A stretch of 64,000 nucleotides of DNA from Candidatus Multivoradales bacterium (lineage in GTDB: Bacteria > Acidobacteriota > Thermoanaerobaculia > Multivoradales > JAHEKO01): assembly GCA_965248055.1 (NCBI GenBank), contig CBDFIJ010000004.1:2720001-2784000 (forward strand), read 5' to 3'. The notes beneath the pieces are model-generated. The model ran no database searches. It saw only the letters and a list, made by a program, of their open reading frames with translations, and was not told the DNA's origin. Positions 20,459-29,949 of the stretch are shown piece after piece (position 1 is the stretch's first letter; each line of letters starts with the position of its first letter). The position numbers were made by a program, and so were the translations under genes.

Positions 20459-21238
20459 ATGAAAATGAAAGTGAATCGACTACTACTAGTGACCGCGATA
20501 CTGGTCACCGTCGTTCCAGCTTTGATTGGTGGTTGCAAGGCTGACAAACAACAGTCGCCAACCCAACCGAGTCTGCCAGGAGCGGATTTTCCTGTTGCAG
20601 CTGCTTTTGCCTGCTTTGTATTTGTTGACCAACCTCGGGTTATTGGCTTTGAAGATAGATCCTCTGGGGCACCCAATCAATTCGCGTGGGATTTTGGCGA
20701 TGGGGGCCGAAGTACCGAGAAAGACCCGCGGCATAGTTATGGGAAAGGAGGAAAATATCTGGTCACTCTGACAGCCCGTGACAACCAAAGCTCGGATACG
20801 GTCAGCCAGTTCGCGGTTACTGATGTTGGTTGCACGACAGCAACCTGTGGGGATGGCAACGTGGACTTTGACGAGCAGTGCGATGATGGAAACGCGATGA
20901 GTGGCGATGGCTGCAGTTCTAGTTGTCGCACGGAGTTCTGCGGTGACGGAATTGTTCAGGTACAGGCGGGGGAACAGTGTGACGATGGCAATGTCATCCC
21001 CAACGACGGTTGCAGTAGCGATTGTAAGCGCGAGAGCTGTGGTGACGGCGTCGTTCAGTCTCGTGAGGAGTGTGATGACGGCAATAGGGTGAGTGGTGAT
21101 GGATGTACCCAATCTTGCGATGCTGAGTTTTGCGGCGACGGCGTTATTCAGACTGCGCTTGGAGAAGCATGCGACGATGGCAATGTCGTTTCTGGTGACG
21201 GCTGCGAAGCCGATTGCACCGTGACAACTGCCCCATAG
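20459..21238 (+). CDS. Lipoprotein with PKD domain and four Myxococcus-type Cys-rich (DUF4215-like) repeats
   Basis: Lipobox IGGC, WDFGDG PKD motif and four CGDG...E.CDDGN...DGC...C units. Confidence 0.85.
   Translation: MKMKVNRLLLVTAILVTVVPALIGGCKADKQQSPTQPSLPGADFPVAAAFACFVFVDQPRVIGFEDRSSGAPNQFAWDFGDGGRSTEKDPRHSYGKGGKYLVTLTARDNQSSDTVSQFAVTDVGCTTATCGDGNVDFDEQCDDGNAMSGDGCSSSCRTEFCGDGIVQVQAGEQCDDGNVIPNDGCSSDCKRESCGDGVVQSREECDDGNRVSGDGCTQSCDAEFCGDGVIQTALGEACDDGNVVSGDGCEADCTVTTAP
20846..21217 (+). repeat. Four tandem 31-33-codon Cys-rich repeats
   Basis: CGDG...CDDGN...DGC occurs four times in the translation. Confidence 0.85.
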
Positions 21239-21252
21239 TTGGTGCCCTTCAA

Positions 21253-21295
21253 AGAACAAAAAAAGGCCGCGGGTAGCCGCGGTTTTTTTTGTTCT
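21253..21295. terminator. Intrinsic terminator, probably bidirectional
   Basis: A7-GG-CCGCGG-gtag-CCGCGG-T8, extended by AGAAC/GTTCT. Confidence 0.9.
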
Positions 21296-21370
21296 CAGGC
21301 CGGGTTGTTGCTTTGGGCTCCTGACCGCAGCTAGGGTAGCGAAGGGGATGTCAATATACTGGAGGTCACG

Positions 21371-23155
21371 ATGAATTGTTTCTCTGCGTTGCGAAAGAGC
21401 AACGTTACCCGAAATTACTGTATTGCCGGAGTTCTGTCGGCTTGTTCGGTGCCCTTGTTTGGTGCTGACCTTTCCCAGTTACTGAGCGTTGAACTGGAGC
21501 AGGAGAGTGCAGGCATTGTGACCCTCACGCTAGAAATGGATCGTGATTCCAGCTGGTCGACGGTGCGAAATAGTGAGGGAGAGTTGGTGATCGAATTATG
21601 GGAGACGGTTACGGCATCCTTTGTCGAAGTGCCGACCGAGGCGGTGCATGGGGTACGGGTGATCTCGATTGAAACCAAGCCGGACGGACCGGTTACCCGG
21701 TTGACCGTTGCCGATGGTGGCGCCGAGTACGAGTTGACCCCGTCTGGCTTGACCTTGCACGCCAGGTTTCACGGGGTCAACACAGGTGCAGAGGCTACCT
21801 TCGTAGCGCCCGAACCAGTAGAAGAGGTTGAGCCGACGGTGGAGCTATCGGATGCGGACGTCGAGCCCATGTCGGACAGGGAGAATGATCCCCGAGACCT
21901 CGAGTCGGAGAGTTCCGAGGTAGACGGTGGGATGGACCCGCCTCCAGGAAATCTGGATACAGTAGAAGCCCGGGCAGATATCCAGCCTGACAGCCAGCCG
22001 GTTGTTATCCAGTTCCCTGTGGAGGAGTCGGTTTCTGAACCTGTCTTGGAGCGCAATGATGGACAACCAACCCCAGTACTGGATACTCCTGAACTGCGCA
22101 CCCCTGAATTGCGCACTGCTGAATTGCCTACTTTTGAAATGGCTAGCCCTGAGCCGGCCACGGATGTGCCCAGCGCTGAGGTTCCGGTAACGGTGGAAGA
22201 GTCAGATCTTCCGGTGTTGGATCACGCGGGAATCGACGAAGCTGGTACTGGCCAGTCGTCACGGCCGGTTGCGTTTGAGACGCCTGACACTTCGTCGGCA
22301 GTGCGGCCGATCGGGACACCGGGGAATCCTTATCTTGCTGCGGTGACCGGGAGTTCAGCGGCCAAGTTGTTGCTGACGGTGGAACCTCTGGATGTGGTCG
22401 GGTCTTATCGACTTCTGGCCGATGGCGATATCGGCTATCGGGCGTTCGCGCTCAGCGAACCTCACCGATTTGTCATCGACCTGCTCGGACTAGAACTGGT
22501 CGCGGATAACAGAGAACTCAGCGGCCCCAGTGCCGGGCCGGTAGAAAGAGTGCGGCTGGGGCAGTTTGCCGATTCGCCGGATCCGGTGGCAAGAATTGTC
22601 TTCGATTTGTCGCAAGCTGGGATCCCCTGGGTCGAATCAGGGGAAAACCAACTCGTTGTTCGGTTTGACCAGGAAACTGGAGCCGCCATCGCTCAAAATA
22701 TGGGCAGTTCGCCCGCTCCGATTGTCGAGACCGTCGAGGTCGCGGAAGAAATTGGTTCGGCGCCATCCAGCGTGGTGGAAACAATACCGGAGGCGCTTCC
22801 CGGGAGATTCCAATCGATGCCGGCCGGACCTTTGGCAACGCAACTGCTGAGTGCTTCGTGGACCACGGAGCAAGGGGTCAGCGAACTCCGTCTCGTCGGT
22901 GATGGAGGATTCCACTACGGAACCTTTACCTTGGCCGCCCCAGATCGGTTGGTGATCGACCTGCTCGGGGTGGCCAAGAGCACAGAAACTCAGGGTTTCC
23001 CCGGCTCAGGCAACGTTGCCGGGGTGAGAATTGGTTTGTTTGAGAGTGAACCTAAGCCGATCACGCGTGTGGTCTTTGACCTCAACCGAACTGTTGCCCC
23101 CTCCTTCGAGCGCGGCGATGGCCTACTCATTGTGCGATTTCCTGAGGACCCTTGA
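21371..23155 (+). CDS. Exported multi-AMIN-domain protein paralogous to the PilQ N-terminus, with no secretin domain
   Basis: Signal peptide, PHRFVIDL and PDRLVIDL motifs. Shares LVIEL.ETV..SFVEVP and PDGPVTR with PilQ. GGAGG RBS. Confidence 0.85.
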   Translation: MNCFSALRKSNVTRNYCIAGVLSACSVPLFGADLSQLLSVELEQESAGIVTLTLEMDRDSSWSTVRNSEGELVIELWETVTASFVEVPTEAVHGVRVISIETKPDGPVTRLTVADGGAEYELTPSGLTLHARFHGVNTGAEATFVAPEPVEEVEPTVELSDADVEPMSDRENDPRDLESESSEVDGGMDPPPGNLDTVEARADIQPDSQPVVIQFPVEESVSEPVLERNDGQPTPVLDTPELRTPELRTAELPTFEMASPEPATDVPSAEVPVTVEESDLPVLDHAGIDEAGTGQSSRPVAFETPDTSSAVRPIGTPGNPYLAAVTGSSAAKLLLTVEPLDVVGSYRLLADGDIGYRAFALSEPHRFVIDLLGLELVADNRELSGPSAGPVERVRLGQFADSPDPVARIVFDLSQAGIPWVESGENQLVVRFDQETGAAIAQNMGSSPAPIVETVEVAEEIGSAPSSVVETIPEALPGRFQSMPAGPLATQLLSASWTTEQGVSELRLVGDGGFHYGTFTLAAPDRLVIDLLGVAKSTETQGFPGSGNVAGVRIGLFESEPKPITRVVFDLNRTVAPSFERGDGLLIVRFPEDP

Positions 23156-23156
23156 T

Positions 23157-23171
23157 TGGCACGGTGCGTGC
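23157..23171 (+). promoter_or_regulatory. Putative sigma54 -24/-12 promoter
   Basis: TGGCACGGTGCGTGC differs from TGGCACGN4TTGC at one position and is intergenic. Confidence 0.65.
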
Positions 23172-23253
23172 GTTGCACAACTCCAAATGAAGTGCTTCAG
23201 TTGTGACTATCGTTTCTAGACCGCAAGGTAGCAGCCTACGTATACTGCAAACG

Positions 23254-24195
23254 ATGCGACAAAGACGTATTTTTGCCACTGCCCTTTTGACCCTTAGCGT
23301 TCTTGCCGGGTGCGACAAAGTGACCCCGGTGGCGCCTGGCGGGTCGACACTTACGGTCAGCGCCAATCCGACTTTTATTGATGTCGACGGCGAGAGCGTG
23401 ATTACCGTCATTGCTCGCAACGAAGATGGCTCGCAGGTCAATCCGGGAACCGAGATTCTTTTGTCGACCACGTTGGGAACAATTGACGAATCGATCTTCA
23501 CAGACGCGCGTGGGGTCGCTATTTCTACTCTTCGTGGCGACGGTCGCGCGGGCCTAGCGACGGTGGTGGTTTCGTCGGGTGCAGCCGCGGTGGTGACTTT
23601 GGACCCGCCGATTCAAATCGGCGCCTTCGCCGCTTTTGTCAGCATCCAAGCCACTCCGACTACGGTAGAGGAAACGGGAGGCGAAATTCAACTCTTGGCG
23701 TTGGTGCGAGGGGACACCGGAGCGCCATTGCCCAATGCGGTGGTTAATTTTTCGACACCCTTTGGCATCCTGACTTCAGGAGGTGGCGCACTCGTAACCG
23801 ACAGCACTGGGCAGGTGATCGATACTCTGACGCTCACTGATCGCGATGTCGCCGCGATTACGGCCGACACTTTCACCGTTAGGGCTCAAACCGCGGGCGG
23901 CTCTGAAGCACTCCTTGAAGGCACTTCCGTCATTACTATCGCGCGACTGACGCCTACTGCACAGTTCACGGTGGCTGGTGGTGAAGGGAATACTGTTATC
24001 TTTACCAGTACCAGTACTGGAGGTCAGCCGTTGCTTCACGCATGGGATTTCAGAACCGATGGGTCAACCGATAGTACTTCACTGAACCCCACGTTTACCT
24101 ATCCTGCGGCGGATGAATATAGCGTTACCTTGACCGTGACTAATGATTTCGGCAGCAACTCAATCACACAAGACATAACAGTTCCGGTTCCATAG
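23254..24195 (+). CDS. Lipoprotein with two Big_1/invasin-like Ig domains and a C-terminal PKD domain
   Basis: Lipobox LAGC, TDARGVA and TDSTGQV Ig motifs, WDFRTDG...NPTFTY. Confidence 0.82.
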   Translation: MRQRRIFATALLTLSVLAGCDKVTPVAPGGSTLTVSANPTFIDVDGESVITVIARNEDGSQVNPGTEILLSTTLGTIDESIFTDARGVAISTLRGDGRAGLATVVVSSGAAAVVTLDPPIQIGAFAAFVSIQATPTTVEETGGEIQLLALVRGDTGAPLPNAVVNFSTPFGILTSGGGALVTDSTGQVIDTLTLTDRDVAAITADTFTVRAQTAGGSEALLEGTSVITIARLTPTAQFTVAGGEGNTVIFTSTSTGGQPLLHAWDFRTDGSTDSTSLNPTFTYPAADEYSVTLTVTNDFGSNSITQDITVPVP

Positions 24196-24199
24196 AGCC

Positions 24200-24841
24200 T
24201 TGTCGGCCCAGAACAGAGGAAGTCGGTCGGACGAGAAATTGCGCGAGGCGCGGCGATTACAGGAGGCCGGCCACCTGGATCAGGCTGCCGATTCTTATCG
24301 CCAAGCTTTGCAGGAACGGTCCGAGCACGTTGCTGCCCGAATCGCACTCGGGAAGATTTTGGTTACTTTGGAGCAGCCCGCAGCGGCCAGAAAACAACTA
24401 TTCCTAGCGCTACAACATGATCCTGACCAAATGGTTGCCCGACGACTCTTGGCTGACGCCAACTTGATGCTCGGCAACCACCTGGAAGCGCATCGCTGGC
24501 TGTCGGAGTACTTGCGGGTGCTGCCAGAGGATAGAGAGGCGCAGGAGTTGTTTAAGACCGTGGAGTCTCAGCTCGAGTTTCCTCCCTCATCGGCCGCAGT
24601 CGGTCCTGCGACAAGAACCCTAGGACGCTTGTACCTCGAACAGGGGCACCCAGAGCGCGCCGCGGAAGTCCTAGGTGACTTGACCCGAGGTTCGGCTGAT
24701 GATCGAGAACTTGACGCTCTGGTGGATGCGGCGCTGCGGCGTCACTCAGAGCAGACTTTGCGGTCCAAACGACTCTTGCTAAAGCGGTTGGGCGCGTGGC
24801 GACGCGCCTTGGGTCAAATGGAACCCATTGGCACGGGTTGA
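24200..24841 (+). CDS. Tetratricopeptide repeat protein
   Basis: TPR-like helices and C-terminal TRTLGRLYLEQG motif. Confidence 0.8.
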   Translation: MSAQNRGSRSDEKLREARRLQEAGHLDQAADSYRQALQERSEHVAARIALGKILVTLEQPAAARKQLFLALQHDPDQMVARRLLADANLMLGNHLEAHRWLSEYLRVLPEDREAQELFKTVESQLEFPPSSAAVGPATRTLGRLYLEQGHPERAAEVLGDLTRGSADDRELDALVDAALRRHSEQTLRSKRLLLKRLGAWRRALGQMEPIGTG

Positions 24842-24866
24842 CCCCACCTCATAGACTCGCCATGAT
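24838..24866 (+). promoter_or_regulatory. Putative sigma70 promoter of accBC
   Basis: TTGACC-17 nt-CATGAT. Confidence 0.45.
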
Positions 24867-24918
24867 GGGTTGAGGCGTCACCTGATGCCTAGATGGCCAC
24901 AACGAATACGGAGTAGGC

Positions 24919-25389
24919 ATGCTCAATTTTGAAGAAATCAAAGAGCTGTTGCGATTGGTAGCCGACAAACGACTCGACGGAATCGAGATTGAGCGGGCTG
25001 GTTTTCGCCTGGTAATCAATGGAAAGTCTCAAACCACTGTCGAATCGGTTTCGCGTCCGACATCGACCTCGGAGCCTGAATCGATTGTTGTCGCTGAGGA
25101 GCCGGTTGCACAAGAGGTGGTAGAGGAAAAACCATCACCTGGCCAAGGAGCTCACGTGGTTTCCTCGCCGATTGTTGGCACCTTCTACACCGCGCCAGCG
25201 CCGGATGCCGATCCTTACGCTCGAGTGGGCGATCGGGTACGAAAGGGCCAGGTTCTGTGCATCATTGAAGCGATGAAATTGATGAACGAGATCGAATCGG
25301 ACGCGGACGGTGTGGTGGTCGAGATTTTCCCCAAGAATGCTCAGCCTGTGGAGTTTGGTGAACCGCTGTTTGCCATTCAGTCTGCCTAG
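24919..25389 (+). CDS. accB: Biotin carboxyl carrier protein
   Basis: SPIVGTFY and EAMKLMNEI biotinylation motif. Confidence 0.97.
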   Translation: MLNFEEIKELLRLVADKRLDGIEIERAGFRLVINGKSQTTVESVSRPTSTSEPESIVVAEEPVAQEVVEEKPSPGQGAHVVSSPIVGTFYTAPAPDADPYARVGDRVRKGQVLCIIEAMKLMNEIESDADGVVVEIFPKNAQPVEFGEPLFAIQSA

Positions 25390-25417
25390 GCTCGACGGCG
25401 AGCTTCGAGAAAGACGA

Positions 25418-26758
25418 TTGCGCAAGATTTTGATTGCTAACCGGGGTGAGATCGCTCTGCGAATCCTCCACGCCTGTCGCGAGTTGGGAATTCCAACGGT
25501 GGCGGTCTACAGCACCGCAGACGCCGATAGTTTGCACGTAACCTATGCCGACGAGGAAGTGTGCATCGGTCCTCCTGCGGCCACTGACAGTTATCTCAAT
25601 AAGTCGGCAATCATTTCAGCAGCAGAGATTACTGGGGCCGACGCGGTGCATCCTGGGTACGGTTTCTTGGCCGAGAACGCTGAGTTCGCTGAGATGCTCG
25701 CTGAGTGTGGCATCGCCTGGATCGGCCCCAACGCGAGCGCGATCCGTTCCTTGGGTGACAAAGCCAAGGCGCGGGAGATGGCGCGAGCAGCAGGGGTCCC
25801 GGTGCTGCCGGGCAGTAGCGAGCCACTATCGGGTCCAGAGGAAGCGTTGCGGGTCGCCGAGGGCGTAGGCTACCCGGTGATCTTGAAGGCGTCCGCCGGG
25901 GGTGGTGGTCGGGGAATGCGGATTGTTCGGGAGCCGGATGCGTTGGCGACCCAGTTTGCCACTGCCAGTGAGGAAGCCGCGGGAGCCTTCGGCAACGCTG
26001 ATCTCTACCTAGAGAAGTATCTCGACGAGCCACGCCACATCGAATTTCAGATTTTTGCCGACGGTCATGGTAACTGTGTTCATTTGGGCGAACGCGAGTG
26101 TTCGATTCAGCGGCGCCACCAGAAGCTGATTGAAGAGTCGCCGTCGCCGATCGTGAACCAATCGCTAAGGCAAGAGATGGGCGATGCTGCGGTCCGTTTG
26201 GCGCTTGCGGCCGGGTACGAGAACGCCGGAACCGTGGAGTTTCTGCTCGATCAAGATGGTTCGTTCTACTTCATGGAGATGAACACCAGGATTCAGGTGG
26301 AGCATCCGGTGACCGAGTTGGTGACCGCAACGGACTTGGTCAAGGCACAGATCCGCGTAGCCCGCGGTGAGGAGCTTCCGTTTGGCACCATCGAAACCAA
26401 AGGCCATGCGATCGAGTGTCGAATCAACGCCGAGGATCCAGTTCATTTCCGACCTTCTCCAGGCAAGATCACGACCTATCACCCTCCCGGAGGCCCCGGC
26501 ATCCGCATAGACACCCACGTCTATGAAGACTACGTGGTGCCACCCTACTACGACTCGTTGATTGCCAAAGTGATCGCTCACGGAGAAACACGCGACGAAG
26601 CGCGCCGTCGCATGCTGCGCGCTCTAGATTTCTTCGTCGTTGAGGGGATAGAGACGTCGATCGATCTTCATCGTCGGGTCTTAGTCGATCCCAAGTTTGT
26701 TGCAGGGCAGCTTTCCACTCGATTTATGGAGCGGTTTCTGGAGTCCAACGCAAGCTAG
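25418..26758 (+). CDS. accC: Biotin carboxylase
   Basis: [18 protein letters not shown] and [13 protein letters not shown] start at 25418. Confidence 0.97.
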   Translation: MRKILIANRGEIALRILHACRELGIPTVAVYSTADADSLHVTYADEEVCIGPPAATDSYLNKSAIISAAEITGADAVHPGYGFLAENAEFAEMLAECGIAWIGPNASAIRSLGDKAKAREMARAAGVPVLPGSSEPLSGPEEALRVAEGVGYPVILKASAGGGGRGMRIVREPDALATQFATASEEAAGAFGNADLYLEKYLDEPRHIEFQIFADGHGNCVHLGERECSIQRRHQKLIEESPSPIVNQSLRQEMGDAAVRLALAAGYENAGTVEFLLDQDGSFYFMEMNTRIQVEHPVTELVTATDLVKAQIRVARGEELPFGTIETKGHAIECRINAEDPVHFRPSPGKITTYHPPGGPGIRIDTHVYEDYVVPPYYDSLIAKVIAHGETRDEARRRMLRALDFFVVEGIETSIDLHRRVLVDPKFVAGQLSTRFMERFLESNAS

Positions 26759-26781
26759 GGATTTGCGGGGGGGAGATTTGG

Positions 26782-27915
26782 GTGACGGTTCCTCGGATTT
26801 ACGCGATTGCCGACGCTGCTTGTTGGGCTCCTCGGGAACTTCCGAGCGTCGTTGAGGAGCTTGCCTACGCTGGCTGGCCGTGGGTTCAAGTGCGAGACAA
26901 GAGCGCCTCAGATCGTCAGTTACTCCGGATAGCCGAGGCGTGCATGGAAGCGGTAGCCGGGACAGATACCCGGCTGTGGATCAATGATCGCGCCGACATC
27001 GCTGCGATGGTCGGTGCCTATGGGGTGCATTTGGGCAATGACGACCCGCCTCCCGGCGTGATTCGGCAGGGGTTTCCGAATCTACGTATCGGTCGCTCCA
27101 CGGACCACGCCTTGACGGTCGGTGAAGCGGACCAGGACCCAAACGTCGACCTGGTAGCTTTCGGTCCGGTGTTCTCGACTGAGACCAAGAAGGGTGCCCC
27201 TAAAGCTCGGGGTATTGAAGCATTGGACCAGGCTCGTGATTGGACCGACAAACCGATGGTTGCGATCGGCGGTATCGAAGAGTTTTCGATTCCGGATTTG
27301 CGTTGGGCGGGAGCCAATGTGGTTGCGGTGGCGGCGGCCATCGCAGTGAGCCCTAAGGTGGTGCAAGATTGGGTTTCGCGGTACGCTGAGCCAGAAAGCA
27401 CAACCGAGCCAAGGGTGTACTTGACCGGATTCATGGCCGCTGGCAAGAGTTGCATCGGTCGCCGAATAGCAGCGGTGTTGGGTTGGGGCTTTTGCGATCT
27501 AGATACGGTAGTGCGGCTGAGAGCCAAGATGACGGTTGAAGAGATTTTCTCCCAAGAAGGTGAAATCGGGTTTCGAACTCGAGAGAGTGAAGCTTTGCTG
27601 CAAGTATCCTCCATCAGCAATCGCGTGGTTGCCTGCGGCGGCGGCGTGATCGACTCTTCGGATAATCGCCGAACTCTACGCGACGATGACGGTGTGGTGG
27701 TTTGGTTGGATGTTGACGAGAAGCAGATTGAGAAACGATTGCAAGACAGTTCGACATCCGAACGGCCTTTAGCCACTGAAAATTGGCGGCATCTATTACG
27801 TGACCGACGGCGCCGGTACGCTGAAACAGCCAACGTGGTGGTGCCCGTTCGTCAAGCGGAGCCCGTCCAACAGACCTGTCGCCGGGTATTGGATTCCCTG
27901 GAGCTAGCGTCGTGA
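26782..27915 (+). CDS. Fusion of thiamine-phosphate synthase (ThiE) and shikimate kinase (AroK)
   Basis: N-terminal QVRDK, INDR, GVHLGNDD, GPVFSTETK and AIGGI. C-terminal GFMAAGKS, DLD, GE..FR..E, CGGG and RPL. Confidence 0.85.
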   Translation: MTVPRIYAIADAACWAPRELPSVVEELAYAGWPWVQVRDKSASDRQLLRIAEACMEAVAGTDTRLWINDRADIAAMVGAYGVHLGNDDPPPGVIRQGFPNLRIGRSTDHALTVGEADQDPNVDLVAFGPVFSTETKKGAPKARGIEALDQARDWTDKPMVAIGGIEEFSIPDLRWAGANVVAVAAAIAVSPKVVQDWVSRYAEPESTTEPRVYLTGFMAAGKSCIGRRIAAVLGWGFCDLDTVVRLRAKMTVEEIFSQEGEIGFRTRESEALLQVSSISNRVVACGGGVIDSSDNRRTLRDDDGVVVWLDVDEKQIEKRLQDSSTSERPLATENWRHLLRDRRRRYAETANVVVPVRQAEPVQQTCRRVLDSLELAS

Positions 27916-28661
27916 AGTTTTTGGTGATTTCAGACCTACACGCCAACCTTGAGGCGCTCAACGCGGTGATGGCCGATTGCGAGACCGAATCCTTTGACCA
28001 AATATTGCTGCTGGGCGACCTCATTGGCTACGGCGCCGATCCCAACCCGGTCGTCGATCTGGTGCGTAGCCGGGGTGATTCGGTAACCGTGGTGCGAGGT
28101 AATCACGACAAAGCGGCCATCGGGTTGGAATCGTTGGAATCGTTCAACGTGATGGCTCGGACCGCGGCGGAGTGGACCGGCAAGCAACTGACCACTGCCA
28201 ACGCCGAATTTATTCGGCGCCTGCCACAAGGGCCGGTGGCAGTGACTCCCGAATTCGGAATCTGTCATGGATCACCGTTGGACGAGGATATGTATGTTCT
28301 TGACAGCCGCTCGGCTGGCTTGTCGTTTCGTGCCTCGCAGGCGATGGTGACGCTGTTTGGTCACACCCACGTGCCTTCTTGTTTTGTCGAGACTCGTGAT
28401 CAGCCGTTTCGCTCCAACATCACCTTCCTCAGCATTGAACAATTGCGCATTGAGGCGAGTCGTCGCTACCTGATTAATCCTGGGTCGGTGGGGCAGCCGC
28501 GTGACGGAGATCCTCGGGCCGCCTACATGGTGATCCATTGGGGGGTTGAGCGAGAGGTCGAGTGGCGTCGCGTGGAGTACGATGTTGAAGGTGCTTGTAA
28601 CAAGATCTTTGCCGCGGGCCTGCCGAGAGTTCTAGGTGAGCGCCTACTCAGTGGCCGCTAG
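27912..28661 (+). CDS. Calcineurin-like metallophosphoesterase
   Basis: SDLHAN, GDLIGYG, GNHD, GHTH and NPGSVGQPRDG motifs. Confidence 0.92.
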   Translation: MKFLVISDLHANLEALNAVMADCETESFDQILLLGDLIGYGADPNPVVDLVRSRGDSVTVVRGNHDKAAIGLESLESFNVMARTAAEWTGKQLTTANAEFIRRLPQGPVAVTPEFGICHGSPLDEDMYVLDSRSAGLSFRASQAMVTLFGHTHVPSCFVETRDQPFRSNITFLSIEQLRIEASRRYLINPGSVGQPRDGDPRAAYMVIHWGVEREVEWRRVEYDVEGACNKIFAAGLPRVLGERLLSGR

Positions 28662-28664
28662 TCG

Positions 28665-28823
28665 ATGAAGACATTCGGTTGGTTTCTTCAGGTCTGTGGG
28701 CTGATCCTGGCTGGCTCCGCACTCGGAGTCGGAATGATTTACGAAGCAGTTCGCTTGGAATTGGCGATGTTAGCCATTGGCGGAGTGTGTTTCTTGACGG
28801 GTCGCTGGTTGTTCGTTCGATGA
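28665..28823 (+). CDS. 52-aa two-TM membrane protein (not in the ORF track)
   Basis: MKTFGWFLQVCGLILAGSALGVGMIYEAVRLELAMLAIGGVCFLTGRWLFVR starts 3 nt after the previous stop and fills the gap. Confidence 0.75.
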   Translation: MKTFGWFLQVCGLILAGSALGVGMIYEAVRLELAMLAIGGVCFLTGRWLFVR

Positions 28824-28827
28824 GATC

Positions 28828-28852
28828 GAAACCTTCTGCAGGATAGTGCGTA
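28828..28852 (+). promoter_or_regulatory. ECF (SigW-type) promoter
   Basis: GAAAC-N16-CGTA ends 7 nt before the ATG of the sigma gene. Confidence 0.7.
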
Positions 28853-28859
28853 ACTTGAG

Positions 28860-29441
28860 ATGGTGACGGCGCCAAACCTATCGGATGAGGCGCTAGTCGC
28901 CGCGGCAGCAGATGGAGATGAATGGGCCTTTGAACAATTGGTACTTCGGTATCAGGGCCGACTGGTCAACTTCCTCTACCGCAAGGTTGGCAATAGAGAA
29001 ACTGCTCATGACTTGGCTCAAGAAGTATTCGTCAAAGTTTTCGGTGCCTTGGACCGCTTCGATCATCAATATAGGTTCTCGACTTGGTTATTTCGTATTG
29101 GCCAAAACGCGGCGATCGATCGACTACGACGCAAGCGAATTAAGACAGTTGCCCCAGTTTGGCAAGATGATTCAGGCGAGTCCCGTGAGCATGATTTTGA
29201 GTCTGATGGGCCAGATCCCTATGACACCAGTCGCAATTTGGAACGTCGACGCGCGATACGGGAGGCCATATCTACGCTCCCAGAGGAGTATCGGGAGTTG
29301 GTGGAGATGAGACACTACGCCGAACTTTCCTATGGAGAGATTGCCGAGCTGTGCAAAATGCCGCTGGGCACGGTCAAGAACAAGCTGTTTCGTGGTCGAA
29401 ATCTCTTGAAGTCAGCGCTGGCAGATTACTTGGAAGGCTAG
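28860..29441 (+). CDS. ECF RNA polymerase sigma factor (SigW/RpoE-like)
   Basis: DLAQEVF, FSTWLFRI and SYGEIA...PLGTVKNKLFRGR. Confidence 0.93.
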   Translation: MVTAPNLSDEALVAAAADGDEWAFEQLVLRYQGRLVNFLYRKVGNRETAHDLAQEVFVKVFGALDRFDHQYRFSTWLFRIGQNAAIDRLRRKRIKTVAPVWQDDSGESREHDFESDGPDPYDTSRNLERRRAIREAISTLPEEYRELVEMRHYAELSYGEIAELCKMPLGTVKNKLFRGRNLLKSALADYLEG

Positions 29442-29939
29442 ATGATGAATCGTCCTTGCACAAAATGGTTGGATAGAGACTCGGGATCGAGCACAAGGAG
29501 CTCATCTTGGGATGTTCACATGACCGAGTGTGTCGGTTGTCGCCGCGAGTACGCGTTGGATCAACTTCTTGCTCAGGAGAAAATCGCTACCGCGCCGGGC
29601 TTTTCCGCAGGCGTGATGCGATCGATCGCCGCCAATAACCGTCGATTTGGAATCGCGGCGATCGCGGCAAGTTTGCTGCTCATGATCTCGGCCGGATGGT
29701 TTCTCGCCTCCGCCCCGGCGGCTGGAGTGGGAGGGACCTTAGTAAGTCTGTTTGCAGACGCTCTGACCGTCGGTTGGGGCTGGCTGGGTGCTTCGTGGGT
29801 CGGGCTGCGAACCGCGGTGCGTCCGAACCTTTCGCCACAAACCGTGATCGGACTGGCGTTGATGATGACTGCCTTCAGCATCCTGACTTGGCGTGTCGTT
29901 AGGCGGCGACCCGCGACCTCCAAGCACCGATCAAGATAG
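29442..29939 (+). CDS. Zinc-binding (ZAS) membrane anti-sigma factor
   Basis: HxxxCxxC motif (HMTECVGC), several TM segments and adjacency to the sigma gene. Confidence 0.75.
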   Translation: MMNRPCTKWLDRDSGSSTRSSSWDVHMTECVGCRREYALDQLLAQEKIATAPGFSAGVMRSIAANNRRFGIAAIAASLLLMISAGWFLASAPAAGVGGTLVSLFADALTVGWGWLGASWVGLRTAVRPNLSPQTVIGLALMMTAFSILTWRVVRRRPATSKHRSR

Positions 29940-29949
29940 TCTCCGCACA

